This document shows, one piece after another, positions 35,883 to 49,119 of a stretch of DNA of 64,000 nucleotides (positions are counted from its first letter, which is position 1; every line of letters starts with the position of its first letter). The stretch is from Hemiscyllium ocellatum. Lineage: Eukaryota. The stretch spans positions 24,059,181 to 24,123,180 of the forward strand of contig NC_083412.1 in assembly GCF_020745735.1 (NCBI RefSeq). The letters are read 5' to 3'. A program made the position numbers and the translations under genes. Under the pieces are notes generated by a model, which had not been told where the DNA came from, did no database searches, and was given only the letters and a program-made list of their open reading frames with translations.

Positions 35883-36179
35883 TTGTATTGAGGTCAGCCA
35901 GTGGACCTCATAGAATATGAGTGGTTCAATCAGGGTGGCCTGGCTGACAGATATCAACAGGAGTGTCAGAGATTCTGTTCACTCTGAGAGCTGGCTCTAA
36001 GCCAACTGGGTCAGTGTCCAGGTCTCTCCATGTGTAAAAAGAGGGTGACTTGGTGACGGGATACTGGCCTCTGTCTTCACTTGGGCTGTACACCAAGTAT
36101 TCATTAAGCAGAAATCCTCAACCAACTTTTAACTGCCCCCACCCTCACCCCCACCCCACAACCAACCCATCAGTAAAAT

Positions 36180-36730
36180 TCATGACGAGGTCTTGGAGAC
36201 TTTCAATACCTTGGGATCCTAATGTTGACAAGGACAGACATTGACACCGACATGCAACACCATCTTTAAAGTGCCAGTGCGTTCTTCAATCACTTGATAA
36301 AGACAATGTTTGAATACCTAACCCCAGAATTGAGCCGATGGTTTTCAGAACACTATTCACCATCCGACATGGCGCAGAGAAATGCACTACCTACAAGTAG
36401 CTCAAATCGTGGAGAGGTACCGCCAACTCTCTGCTTCCACAAAGTCCTCCAGATTGAATAACACCCCGTCGCCAGTGTTGTTGCTTGAGCCAACATTCCC
36501 AGCATCGAACGTTGACCATCTGAAACAGTTCCATTCGGTGGGCTATGTCATCTGGATGCCTGACTCACGACTGCCAAAACCAGCGCTATACTCCGCACTT
36601 TATCACGCCAGGGAAAATGCTTCAAGATACCCTCACACCCTCACAAACTCCGTCATAGTGTAGAAGCCAGTCATCCTTGACAATGAGGGGCAGCCTCAGA
36701 GAAGGTGGAAAGCCATTTGCATCAACCACA
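36180..36730 (+). mobile_element. Degenerate RTE-clade LINE fragment
   Basis: KQFHSVGYVIWMPDSRLPKPALYSAL resembles the RTE motif QLRWAGHVxRMPDxRLPKxxLYxEL. Confidence 0.6.
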
Positions 36731-37329
36731 CAGGCTGAATATGTCCATGAATTTGATGTAATTTTCACTTCACATTCTACCTTCTTATATTTCCACATTT
36801 GATATTGAAAACAGGATTTAATTATCTGAGACTCCATTAGCTGGGGGAACACACCAGTTTTTAATTATCTAGAACGATTTGCAACCATACAGAGTATGTT
36901 TCAAACAATGGTAGCTTTATTAAACAAACTAGTGATCTGTACTAGTTTTACGTGACTTGTGAATGCATGAATAGTAAACACCAAGAATTCTGTTTTAAAA
37001 TTATATTTTTATTCATCTCTTTATAGTTGTTTAATTTTAAGCCCTTCAGAAGATTCAGAAAGAATAGGCAGGCCACGATCAAAACCTGGAAATAGATAAG
37101 AAGGGACTGCAAGGATTACATTTTGTCCAAATACCTTCAATGTTATCAGTGGTACGAATAATGAATTCTCTGGTTGAATGTGTGGAGAACAGGCAATGCC
37201 ACTACTTGGAAGTGTTCCCCAAAGGTGGAGAAGGCATGATAGCAAGGTTCAATTTTTATACCAGACAATCGTTGCTTGTACGTCACTTATTACCTACATC
37301 ATTAATTCATAATATTTCAAGCTTATAAC

Positions 37330-38665
37330 CTGAAATGGTCTGGTGAGGTGAGAGTGACTGCCCTTGACATCAAGACCACAATTGATTGAGTGTGGCATTA
37401 GGAACCCAAGCAAAACTGGGTACCGGAAGGAGGGAGGGGGCATAATCTCCACTGGTTGCAGTCATACCTGACACACACGAAGGTGGTTGTGGTAGTTGGA
37501 GATCAGTCACCTCAGCTCCCGGACATCTCTGCAGGGGTTTCTCACTGTAGTGTCCTAGGCCCAATCATCTTTAGTTGCTTCATGAATGGTTTTCCCTCCA
37601 CCATAAGGTCAGAAGTGGGGATGTTCCCTGATGATTGCACGATGTTCAGCACTATTAGCGACTCCTCAGATACTGGAGCAGTCCATGTTCAATTGCAACC
37701 AGATCTGGATAATGGCTTAGGTTGGACAACATTTGGCCCACACCAATGCCAGACAATGGCCATCTCCAACAAGAAAGTATCTAACTATCACCCTTTGACA
37801 CTCAGTGGCATTACCATCACTAAATGCCCCAGTAGCAACACTCTAGGAGTTACCATTGACTGAACTGGACCAGCCATAAAAATACTGTGGCTATAAGAAC
37901 AATGCAGAGGCTTAGGATCCTGCATGAGTAACTCACCTCCTGACTCCTGAAAGCCTGTCCACTATCCACAGGCACAAGTGGAAAATATTCCATCAGAAGT
38001 GTGTTGGAACATTCCCCACTTGTCTGGGTGGGTGCAGCTCCAAAACACTCAAGAAACTCAAAGTCACTTAGGACAAAGCAGCCACTCATTAGCATCTCAG
38101 ACACCTCCTTAAGTACTCACATCCTCCACTACTGACTGCCAGTGGCAGCAGTGTATATCATTTACACAACGCACAGCAGCAATTCACCAAGATTCCTTTG
38201 ACAGCACTTTTCAAACCTGTGACCTCCACCACCTGAAGAAGGGCTCATGCCCAAAACATCGATTCTCCTGTTCCTCGGATGCTGCCTGATCTGCTGCGCT
38301 TTTCCAGCAACACATTTTCAGCTCTGATCTCCAGCATCTGCAGTCCTCACTTTCACCTCCACCAGCTAGAAGGGCAAGAGCAGCAGAGGCACAGCAATGC
38401 CACCACCTGCAATTTCACCTCCACACCATATATTGCCCTGATGTGGGAGGATGCTGTTTCCTTCAACATTTCCAAACCATTTAAGGACCACTGGCTAATC
38501 CATTCTGGTACATGCCCTACAACCATCCAGTGCTCTGTCTGCATCAGAGAGACAGCAGTGTGTGAGGAAGGCCGCTCACTGCCATCATTGTCAGGGCAGT
38601 TAGGAATCAGCGACAAATAATGGCCTTACCAGCAATGCCTACATCCCCAAACATCATTTAAAACA
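37330..38665 (+). mobile_element. Old CR1-group LINE (RT to 3' end) with nested insertions
   Basis: DISAGVSHCSVLGPIIFSCFMN...GMFPDDCTMF are degenerate GVPQGS and FADD motifs. A similar family lies at about 54810-55440 (-). Confidence 0.7.
38232..38354 (+). mobile_element. 123-bp monomeric PLE-terminus insertion (hammerhead family A)
   Basis: Starts at cCTGAAGAAGGGCTCATGCCC and ends gcagtcctcactttc. TSD ACCTCCACCA at 38222-38231 and 38355-38364. Interrupts an old LINE. Confidence 0.85.
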
Positions 38666-39149
38666 AGCCCCAGTACAAAACAATGAACAGATTGTCCATC
38701 CTACTTTTTGACACAAACCTACACGTTAAGTCAAAGCCTTAGTTCCCTTAACTTGTGAAGGACTGTCTTTTATCTGACAGAACTTATCTCTTTCACAGTT
38801 TACTCAAAAGTGAATCAAAACTAGGTTACCAAGAGGCAGACAATTCAAGACCATGATAGTCTCCGCATTCTCGCCTGATACTGATACTAAATGAAAGACT
38901 TCCAGCTTATTTTTTAGTCAGTTTAATCTATGTTTTGAAATAAACAATCCCATTGACAGACTAGACCCTTTCAGTGTTTTATATGAGGGTCACGTAACTA
39001 ACTCTTTTGTAAACTCTAAGGTAACTTGAACGGTTGAGGCTCCATTTGAACACTGGGGTTTCCAACCCTCGAACTTAGTGAAGGGGATATCTCAGACTCT
39101 TGCTCTGTGTCTCTCTGGTGCATACTCACTGCATATGAGTAATTAAAGA

Positions 39150-39511
39150 CTTTTATTCACATATTGCCTTTCACTATCTCAGGGCATCCAATGGAGCATT
39201 CCAATCAACTGAGTTCTTTCAGAGTGGAGTCATTGCTGTAAAGCAGGATATAGTGGCCATGTTATGTGGAGGAACCCCTGTCATAAATTATCAGCTTACC
39301 TGTTTCAGGTGTTGGTTGAGAGATAACATGAAGAATTCATTTGGATAAGGGGGCAGTTAGGTCTTAGATTCACTGATGGCAACTATGCAATGACAGTGTC
39401 GCACTCCCTCTACACTACACTGGGCATTCAGCTTTGAGTAAGCATTCAAGTCTCCAGTGTGGGAATTGAACCCATTGACTCAGGAGCAAGAGTGCTACCA
39501 TTAAGTCACAG
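39150..39511 (-). mobile_element. DeuSINE, degraded; further fragments at about 45930-46100, 51700-51830 and 60110-60250
   Basis: gcactccctc...gggaattgaaccc...agagtgctacca matches 3075-3500. Confidence 0.6.
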
Positions 39512-41252
39512 TAAATAAAAACACTTGGGAAACCTAGTGTGAATCATCAGGTCTGATGTTATGTAAATACCTCTGTAAAGCAATGAGATAATAAGACAAT
39601 GCTTGGTGTAAATGCATAAAACTGTAAATGCATAAACTACAGAAAAGTAAGCTCTAGGCTTTTAGCTCAATGGTATCATTCACACCTCAGAGATAGAAGG
39701 GACAGGGCTGGTTCCACTGAATGCAGACAGCAGCTCTGGCTCTGAATTCGAAGTCGACAACCAGCGGATAGTTCCAACTGTGGACGTTGGTGGTTTCTGC
39801 TCATTGCATGAGCCTTGGAAACCCATAAAAGCCTGCTGCTGTGCAGAAGAGATATTGGCTTGTATGACGATAGTTACGATAAGGGAATAAGTGTTCACAG
39901 CCTGTCAAACAGTTCATCAGCCTGCGAATCTTTCCAATCTTTTGTACTGTTCCACAAACATTTCCAAACCATTTAAGGACCACTGGCTAATCCATTCCAG
40001 ATCCAGGGACATTCCGACCGTGTTTCGGAATCCAGGTCGGAAACGTGTGCACTCATACCAGTTAACCTCACCGGGGCCTGACAGATTTGGCATCCACCCA
40101 AATGCCTACACAGAGCTGATCAGCTCCGTGGTTGCCCTGGTGTCAATTCGAAGCTTGTAAAATGGGTGCAACACGGCTGAGGGAATGCCCCCAAGGGTTT
40201 GGAAAATTGCTACCTGCCAACCAGTTGTTGCCTCATTCAAGACCTAACGAGTTGCTTTGTTGCGCAGGAAGCCTGCTGTGTAATTGATGGTGATTTCGTG
40301 CTGCAGTGGCAAAGAATCCTTTTAACTGATTAATAAAGCCGATCAAAACACATTCACCTCCTCAATTAAGAGAAGAATATATATAATCAGACAGCAAAAA
40401 CATGCAATTAAATTTTGATGGATTCCGTAGACCCAAGAGCTATAGGCAATCCTCAAGTCCATGTGATCCAGCTCTCTTAAGTCTGCTTCATAGAAAGGTA
40501 AAATAATTCAATATGTAAGAAAACCATTCAGGCCATTAAGCCTAGACTAGCTCATTGGTAGAATGGATACAATTAGACCTATTCCTTGCTCTGGCCACAT
40601 AATCCTCACAATTATTTATCCATCTCCCATTTGTATCTGCTTCCTGATAGAAAGCATCTGTTCTTGCAGTGCATTCCAGATCATAAAAGAAATTTGCTGC
40701 TTAATTTAGTTTTACCTCCTGTTGTTGCCTCTGTCTGCGCTGCAAGATTAATAATGCTATCTGCTATGTTGTAATCTGGTTTACCTTCCGTTCCTTTGTA
40801 CTTCTCTTTACTCTAGGTAGTAAAGTGCTTCTTGTAAGGACATGTGTCAAAAGGTAGGGGTACAGCGGAAATAAACGTACTGCACAAAGTTCTGACGTTC
40901 ACACAGTTGCCCAGAATAAAACAAATGAAAGTCCTGCAACAATGGAGAAAAAATTAAATCACATCTGAAAGTTGTTGGAAAAGTGAAGACATTTGCACTG
41001 AAAGGTAGAGTGTGATAATGCTCGCCTCAAATGGGTGAAATGGACATCAGACATCAAGATCAAAAACAACAATGTTACCATTTCAGTGACATTTTCCTCA
41101 CATTCTACTACAATGATGAAGTACTAGCCTGTTGTTTTCGGTTTTCAATACATATTAGATAGTGGGAGAGGTCCAGCATCACCAATGTCTGCCCATTATT
41201 CTACTCGGTGTTGATCATTTATTTGGAAGCCAAGAGGGCAAGATTAGTCCTG

Positions 41253-41458
41253 ATGTGGAGATGCCGGTGTTGGACCGGAGTGGACAAAGTTAAAAATCAC
41301 ACAACACCAGGATAAAGTCCAACAGGTTTACGTGGAAGTAGTAGCTTTCGGAGCGCCGCTCCTTCATCACTAGTTACCTGACAAAGGAGCAGCGCTTCGA
41401 AAGCTAGTACTTCCAAATAAACCTGTTGGACTATAACCTGGTGTTGTGTGATTTTTAA
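41253..41458. mobile_element. Palindromic PLE-terminus element (hammerhead family B)
   Basis: Inverted arms aaaaatcacacaacaccagg...cctggtgttgtgtgattttt; central TGAYRA-A-GGAGC-nGC-GCTYC-GAAA-GC-TA motif on both strands. Imperfect 13-bp flanking duplication. Confidence 0.75.
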
Positions 41459-42489
41459 GATTAACCCTGTTCAGTCTACCAGGAGTCTATTCTTGTAGAC
41501 TTGTTTAAACAAGGGAAAATCTTTTGTACCCTCAAATGGCCCTTTAAGCACTATACAATCTGACTGTTTCTGTGTAGGTATATTTCAGAAACATTGAAGA
41601 AAGAAATTATATATTGGATATTTTTGTCAGCCATTAAAAGAAGCAATACATAAAGCTTTTAAGAAAATTGGAACCACATCATAGACTTTGTGATTAATAG
41701 ACTACATTTTATAACATTTATACAATTGCTGGATAATAAATGGCACCTGGTGTCTTTTGCAATCTGATTTCTCACTGAGCGCAATTTCTGACTCTGTAAA
41801 GCTCACAAGTGCTAATTTGTGTTGGCCCGAATCCAAATGACTGTTAAAGTGTGAATTTGCAGCCTGGTAACATTTCCTTGAACCCGTGGTTATTGAATAA
41901 CAAGATTTCCAGATATAATAATAACAATCTGCGAGTGTCTGTCTGAAAACCAAGAACCCAAACAGCTGGCAGGCAAAGAGGAGGGAAGTGGCAGATTATT
42001 CACGGTTCGTGGTAGAGAGGGCAAAAACCTGGATCTCACCGACACTCTGCTGCCCCTGTATCCCAATTCAAATTTCCACAGGGGAAGCATGCTCTCAAAC
42101 TACCCTCCTTCCGATCGGGATACGCTGGCTGGATATACCTGAGGTAATCGGGTGGAGTGTGGAGCTAGGGCGGGGGTGTAGAATTGGTTGAGTTTTGGGG
42201 AGGAACAGCTGAGCCCCTTTCACTGTTAGTGACTGAACCACCAAGTTCCTTCTTGGTTCCAGATGCTGACCAGACCTTTAGATTGAGTGTCATTTGAGTC
42301 TCAACATTGTTACATTCTTTCCGAAAGTTCAGATTCCTGGCATATTGCAAGATTTGTTTTGCCACTTTGGGTGTCATTGAACCATCTCGGTTTACCTGCT
42401 ACGGTATTGATCCAGGGCATTGATAAAAGCTGTTTCTGTTAGTTCTGCCTCTATGGCCTCACTGTCACAGGCGAGTGGCAGGGAGAGAA

Positions 42490-43100
42490 TGATAGAGTTG
42501 GAGAGCTGTACAGCACAGACACAGACCCTTTGGTCCAACGCATCCATACTGACCAGATACCCTAAAGTAATCTAGTGCCATTTGCCAGTATTTGGCCGCT
42601 GAACCCTTCCTATTCATATACCCATCCAGATGCCTTTTAAATGCTGCAATTGTACCAGCTTCCACCACTTCCCCAACAGCTCATTCCATACACGCACCAC
42701 CCTCTGCGTGAAAAGTTGCCTCTTAGGTCCCTTTTAAATCTTTCCCCTCTCACCCTAATCCTATGCCCTCTAGTGTTAGACTCCCCCACCCCAGGGAAAA
42801 GACTTTGTCTACTTATCCCAGCCATGCCCCTCATAATTTTATAAACTTTTATAACGTCACCCTTTAGCCTCTGATGCTCCAGGTAAAACAGTCCCAGCCT
42901 GTTCAGCCTCTCCCTGTAGCTCAAATCCTCCAATCCTGGCAACATCCTTATAAATCCTTTCTGAACCCTTTGAAGTTTCACAACATCTTTCCTATAGGGG
43001 GGAGACCAGAATTGAAGGCAGTATTCCAAAAGTGCCTTAACCAATGTCCTGTTCAGACAGGACATGACCTCCCAACCCCTGGACTGAATGCACTGATGGC
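42490..43100 (-). mobile_element. CR1/HER1 LINE 3' fragment
   Basis: LLEYCLQFWSPPYRKDVVKLQRVQK...LKGDVIKVYKIMRG. Confidence 0.88.
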
Positions 43101-43411
43101 AATGGTGATGTCATGGCACTCTTCATTTGGTGGACCATAACCTTTCTTTGGAGGCATGGGTTCAAGTCTCATCGCAGTGGCTGATCAAGTTTCAATTCAT
43201 TTAATAAATCTGGAAAAAAAGCTAGTTTCAGTGACAGTCACCGTGAAACTATTATCGATTGGTGAAAATCCCCTCATCTGGCTTCACCGATGCCCTTTAG
43301 AGATGGAAATCCACACCTTCCCTGGTCTGACCCGACATGGGACTGAGATCCACAGCAGTGTGGTTGGCTCCTAACTGCTATCAAATGTGCCCAAGCAAGC
43401 CATTCAGTTCA

Positions 43412-43606
43412 AGGAGGATGTGGTGGAGGCTGTTACAATTGCAACATTTAAAAGGCATCTGGATGGGTATATGAATAGGAAGGGTTTGGAGGGATATGGG
43501 CCGGGCGCTGGCAGGTGGGACAAGATTGGGTTGGGTAGCTGGTCGGCATGGAAGGGTTGGACCGAAGGGTCTGTTTCCATGCTGTACATCTCTATGACTC
43601 TATGAC
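43412..43606 (+). mobile_element. CR1/HER1 LINE 3' end
   Basis: EDVVEA..FKRHLDGYMN followed by ctatgactctatga. Confidence 0.85.
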
Positions 43607-43694
43607 AATCAGTCATAGGTTTCAAACACCATCCTTTGCCAGCAATGTCTACATTCCATGCAAAATTAAAGAAAGATAGAATCTGCAAAGTTCA

Positions 43695-43965
43695 CAGTGG
43701 GTAGCACAGTGGCTAGCACTGCTGCCTCTCAGCGCCAACGATCCGGGTTCGATTCCAGCCTCAGGTGACTGTCTGTCTGTGAGGAGGTTGCATATTCTTC
43801 CCCGTGTCTGCGCGGTCCAAAGATGGGCAGATTAGATGGATTGGCCATGACAAAGGCAGAGTTACAGGGATGGAGGTCAGTTCTGGGTGGGATGCACCTT
43901 GGAGGGCTGGTGTGGACCTGATGGGCCAAATAGCCTGCTTCCACACTCTGGTGATTCTGTGATTC
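43695..43965 (+). mobile_element. HE1-type V-SINE (internally deleted)
   Basis: ggtagcacagtggctagcactgctgcctc...gggttcgattccagcctc. Confidence 0.75.
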
Positions 43966-46900
43966 AGCCAGGCACTTTGAATTGTTCAATATCTCCCGTA
44001 CTGTTGGTATTTTTACCAGCTTTAAGTGGGGGAGATTAGCTCTCATTGGGAATGACCATATAGAATGTGGAGCAGGGAAACAGCTTGACAGGAGCAGAGC
44101 AAGCAACAGTCTTGCAGTGAGAGTTACAGCAACTACCTTCAATTACACTCACTCACGTGGTCTTGACCACAATGCTCTAGGTGGTTACCTCTATCACCCT
44201 CTGTAATCCTAGCTCTGTCCTCCGTCTTCCCCATCCTGCCACTAACTGCCCAGAGAGTCACTTCAGACCCATTGAGAAACATTCACTGCCATGACTATTG
44301 CATATTTTTACCGTTTGTCACTGAATATGTCTCTTCCCCCTGCAGTGTTTTCACTGACACGTGTCAGGAACCTGTATTATTGACATTAAACTTAAAGGTC
44401 TGCATAACTATCACTCTCACCAAGTGAGTGACGTATGTTAATTGCCATCCAAAGCCTTACAAGGGGATTGTGTGTGTTACTCCTCATCATTCCAGTTGAA
44501 AGAGGAAGTGAATGGGTTGGAGCTGACTTCCTGAGGCCTTGCCAATTTTTTTGATTTAGAACCCTGTCCACACCTAAATCTATGTGTTCCTCCATATTAA
44601 AATTCATCCCATGTTCAGGCTGTGGTCTACCTCAAACTCTGATTATTAACTCCTACTCTGTCGAACTATGTATATAAAAGTCTGAATGGTTTTAATGATT
44701 GTGACTCTCCATCGGCGGGATGTGTTTAACACGTGTTGAAACCACGAGGATGCCTAACACCCTTTCAACTTCAACCTGAACTATTTGAACTATTTCTGAA
44801 GTATGTGTCTTGTCTATTTTTCATTCTAATGTGTGGGACTGAAGTAAATTCCAGCTGCCATTATCCTGCCCACTTGCATTTTTTTTTTGCCCAGCTTGTT
44901 CCTGGAACTTGTATGCTGCCCTGTCTGATTCACTGCTAACCCTCACTTGTTATCATCTGCTGATGTGACTGCTTCCCACGGAGTTTCTATTGAGGAAGGA
45001 AGGGGTTAATTTTAACACCACCCACCCCAATGGAAACCTCGTGGATTGCCACCTAGATCGCAGCCATTTCCAATTTTAATTGGAGTTCAAGACTGATTGT
45101 GTGATATGCGAATGAGACAGGAAGTCTCACCGTCACAGGAAGTGCTGTGATATCATGTGACTTTGAGCGCCTAGCAGCCACATGGCAAGATGAAGCCACA
45201 ATAAAATGTTGTGCAAGTAAAATATTGTTTTCTTTACCTCAGCACACTAAATAAATATACTTTAGAAGTACAACATGACCAAGGGTGAAATTCTGCTCTC
45301 TTTGAAGGTGGTGAGAAGGGACAAGTATCTCTTCAGTGTCAACTGGCCCAATTATTTATCCTTCTCACCACCTCATCAATTAAGGTCAGGAGGCTTATTA
45401 GGGTTTTCCTTGGCCCTCCAGCAATTAAAGCCCTTATGTGGTCAATTAGTGGCGACTTAAACTCCTACCTCCCCAATTAGCTGCCTTCCTCAGTGGCAAG
45501 GAAGTATCTGAGTAACTGGAGACATGGATGTGAGGCAAGAAATGGCCTCTGAAAGCAAACCTCGTTGTCTTTGGCTCTGCTCTCCTCCATCATTCCTCTC
45601 GCTGGGATTCCCCATGCCTGTGACAAAAGAGATTTTAATCTACCATCCACATCCCCTGAAATGCGGGCCTCCTTCAGGACCCAGGAGCAGCCAGCCTCGA
45701 TTGCCTGGCTTCTGGTGACCCAGTGATGCCAGTGTCAAGAGCTGTGATTCGCCGAGAGACATGCCCGTCAGTTTTTAATGAGCGGATTGGCACACGGTGA
45801 GTTACCAGGGCAGCACGGAGAATAACACACAAATATCACGCTTCCAGAATATTAGATAACAGACAGCGCAGTTTTGCAGGTGGATGGGTTGCCTGCTTAA
45901 AATTGGTGCTCAGACAGCAAATATTATAATAAATATTGGTGAGGACATCAGGGAGAATATTACCCCTCTTCTGCAAAATGGTGCCACTTCTGCCTAAGAG
46001 GTCAACTTAACATCTCTTTCAATTGGTGTGTACTTCCAACATTGTAGTAGCCTTCCAGTACTGTGTCAAAGTGAAGCTGAGATATTGTGCTCCAACCATA
46101 TACCATTGCATGTATACTGTCAGAAGATCCTCATAAGGAAAGCACTGCTCTGGTCTGGCGAATTCCATCCCAGATCATTGTGATTGTTAAACTATGATAA
46201 TAACATTCTTGCACGGAGCACTTACAGAAAGGACCAGCACTGGCGCTGACTTCCCCTTCAGAAATTCTGAAAGCGATCTCATGGTAAAGACATTCAACAA
46301 AGGGCCGAGAGTGAGCTAATTGGAACAACAGTTAATTTATTGTTAAACAGCTACCAATCAAACGCACTGTGGAACAAACCCAGAAAGGACTTTTGTAATT
46401 GAGTTGAACAGTTTGGGTACGTCTTCTTGGACTCAATCCAAGACAAACTAGCCAGATATTTAAAATAATTTTATCAAGTTAGGCTGGAATATGGTAGGCC
46501 AAAGGAGTGTACTTCTTAACCCTTTATTTTCTTGACAATAGTAATGAAGTAGACATCTGATTAAATTGTTGATTAGAAATGCTTCCTTTTTAAGTATAAG
46601 AGTTTTGTGGTACCCATACTTCCTGGGTCCTTTCGTTTGACATCAGTAAATCCTCAAAGTGAGATTTAAAGCTGCTTTTTCCCTCTCTCTCACCCTTACA
46701 TTGGACACATATTATTCAGTACAAATACTTTGCATCCAGATTATTTTCCAAATTACTGCAATGTTGTACTCAATTGAAGGAGACAAGATATGACTTTGGA
46801 AATAGGAGCAACAGGTAGGCCATTTGGCCCATTGACCCTATTCTGTCATTTAGACACATCATTGTTGATAATCCATCTCTACGTCATTTATTCTCCCATC

Positions 46901-47582
46901 CCTTGATGCCCCATCTCCTGCTGATGGCAAATTCCTGAATGAGTGATAAACAGGGTGAAATCTGTGCTCACACAGAAAGACCATTCACTCCCTTCCCTTG
47001 TGAACTCTATGGGAACTATGATCCCTAAGATCTCCATATTTCCACATACATGTTCGATTCAAGTCTTGACACATGGTAGCCTGGTTTTGAGCTTCTTGCA
47101 ATCCAAAGATGCCGTTCCATTAAGATTGCAGCGGAGAAGGACCCTCCTGTTGGAGTTTCTCTGCTCTGCCCATTCTCTTCTCTCTCCTTTTCTCCTCTCT
47201 CTCTTTCCTCCCTTCTCTCCGCCTCGGATACCCAGCCCAGATGTTGGGGATGGCACCCTGAACCAGGGACACTAGTGACCAACAGCTGCAGCTGAGACAC
47301 CAGTGAGCCGAGGCCCTTTGCAGAGTGCGGAGGCAGCTAGTGGTCAGACCTTGAGGAAGTCCCCTGTGCTGGACAGAGATTGTGATGTTTGTCTTTTTAA
47401 CATTGTTCCTTGTTTTTCCTGACCTATGGGCATACTCTGTACAGCTATAATGTAACTTGTATCTTCATTTCTCTATCCTGTAACTAAGGATTGTACCAAG
47501 GTACCTTTGTAAGTGCAAGTGGCACTTACAAACTGTTCACTTTACTCATTTGAGTACATGACAGTAAAGCTCATTCAATGCT

Positions 47583-49025
47583 AAAGTGGTGCCACTGTTT
47601 AAGAAGAGTGGTAAGGACAAGCCAGGGAACTATAGACCAGTGAGCCTGATGTCAGTGGTGGGCAAGTTGTTGGAGAGAATCCTGAGGGACAGGATGTACA
47701 TGTATTTGGGAAAGGCAAGGACAGAATGGAGATAGTCAACATGGCTTTGTGCGTGGGAAATCATGTCTCACAAACTTGATTGAGTGTTTTGAAGAAGTAA
47801 CAAAGAGGATTGATGAGGGCAAAGCGTTAGATGTGATCTATATGGACTTCAGTAAGGCGTTTGACAAGGTTCCCCATGAGAGACTGGTTAGCAAGGTTAG
47901 ATCTCATGGAATACAGGGAAAACTAGCCATTTGGATACAGAACTGGCTCAAAGGTAGGAGACAGAGGGTGGTGGTGGAGGATTGTTTTTCAGACTGGAGG
48001 CTTGTGACCACTGGCGTGCCACAAGGATCGGTGCTGGGTCGTCTGCTTTTTGTCATTTACATAAATGATTTGGATGCGAGCATAAGAGGTGCAGTTAGTA
48101 AGTTTGCAGATGATACCAAAATTGGAGGTGGAGTGGACAGGGAAGAGGGTTACCTCAGATTACAACAGGATCTTGACCAGATTGGCCAATGGGCTGAGAA
48201 ATGGCAGATGGAGTTTAATTCAGATAAATGCGAGGTGCTGCATTTTGGGAAAGCAAATCTTAGCAGGGCTTATACACTTAATGGTAAGGTCCAAGGGACT
48301 TTTGCTGAACAAAGAGACCTTGGAGTGCAGGTTCATAGCTCCTTGAAAGTGGAGTCGCAGGTAGATATGATAGCGAAGAAGGTGTTTGGTATGCTTTCCT
48401 TTATTAGTCAGAGTATTGAGTACAGGAGTTGGGAGGTCATGTTGCAGCTGTACAGGACATTGGTTAGGCCACTTTTGGAATATTGCGTGCAGTTCTGGTC
48501 TCCTTCCTATCGGAAAGATGTTGTGAAACTTGAAAGGGTTCAGAAAAGATTTACAAGGATGTTGCCAGGGTTGGATGATTTGAGCTATAAGGAGAGGCTG
48601 AACAGGCTGGGGCTGTTTTCCCTGGAGCATCGGAGGCTGAGGGTGACCTTACAGAGGTTTACAAAATTATGAGGGGCATGGATAGGGTAAATAGGCACAG
48701 TCTTTTCTCTGGGGTGGGGGAGTCCAGAACTAGAGGTCATAGATTTAGTGTGAGGGGAAAAGATATAAAAGAGAAATAAGGGGCAACTTTTTCACACAGA
48801 GAGTGGTATGTGTATGGAATGAGCTGCCAGAGGAAGTGGTGGAGGCTGGTACAATTGCAACATTTAAGAGGCATTTGGATGGGTATATGAATAGGAAGGG
48901 TTTGGCGGGATATGGGCCGGGTGCTGGCAGGTGGGACTAGATTGGGTTGGGATATCTGGTTGGCATGGACAGGTTGGGCCGAAGGGTCTGTTTCCGTGCT
49001 GTACATCTCTATGACTCTATGACAC
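47583..49025 (+). mobile_element. CR1/HER1 LINE, 5'-truncated, with 307-aa open RT fragment
   Basis: [34 protein letters not shown]; intact tail. Confidence 0.95.
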
Positions 49026-49119
49026 TAATTCAATTCAGCTGGATTTTTGAGATGTATTTCAAGATACCAGTCTAAAATCAAGATATAAAGATATAGGGGA
49101 TAAACCGTCAATATATTGT

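Noticed and set aside
44980-45900. Possible Harbinger-like MITE remnants (also about 8280-8450, 29760-30000, 51845-52080)
   Set aside because: Too degraded to define TIRs or TSDs by eye.
47749-48672. 307-aa RT ORF as a domesticated or active gene
   Set aside because: 5'-truncated CR1 with no endonuclease domain, frameshifted at both ends and very similar to other copies in the window.
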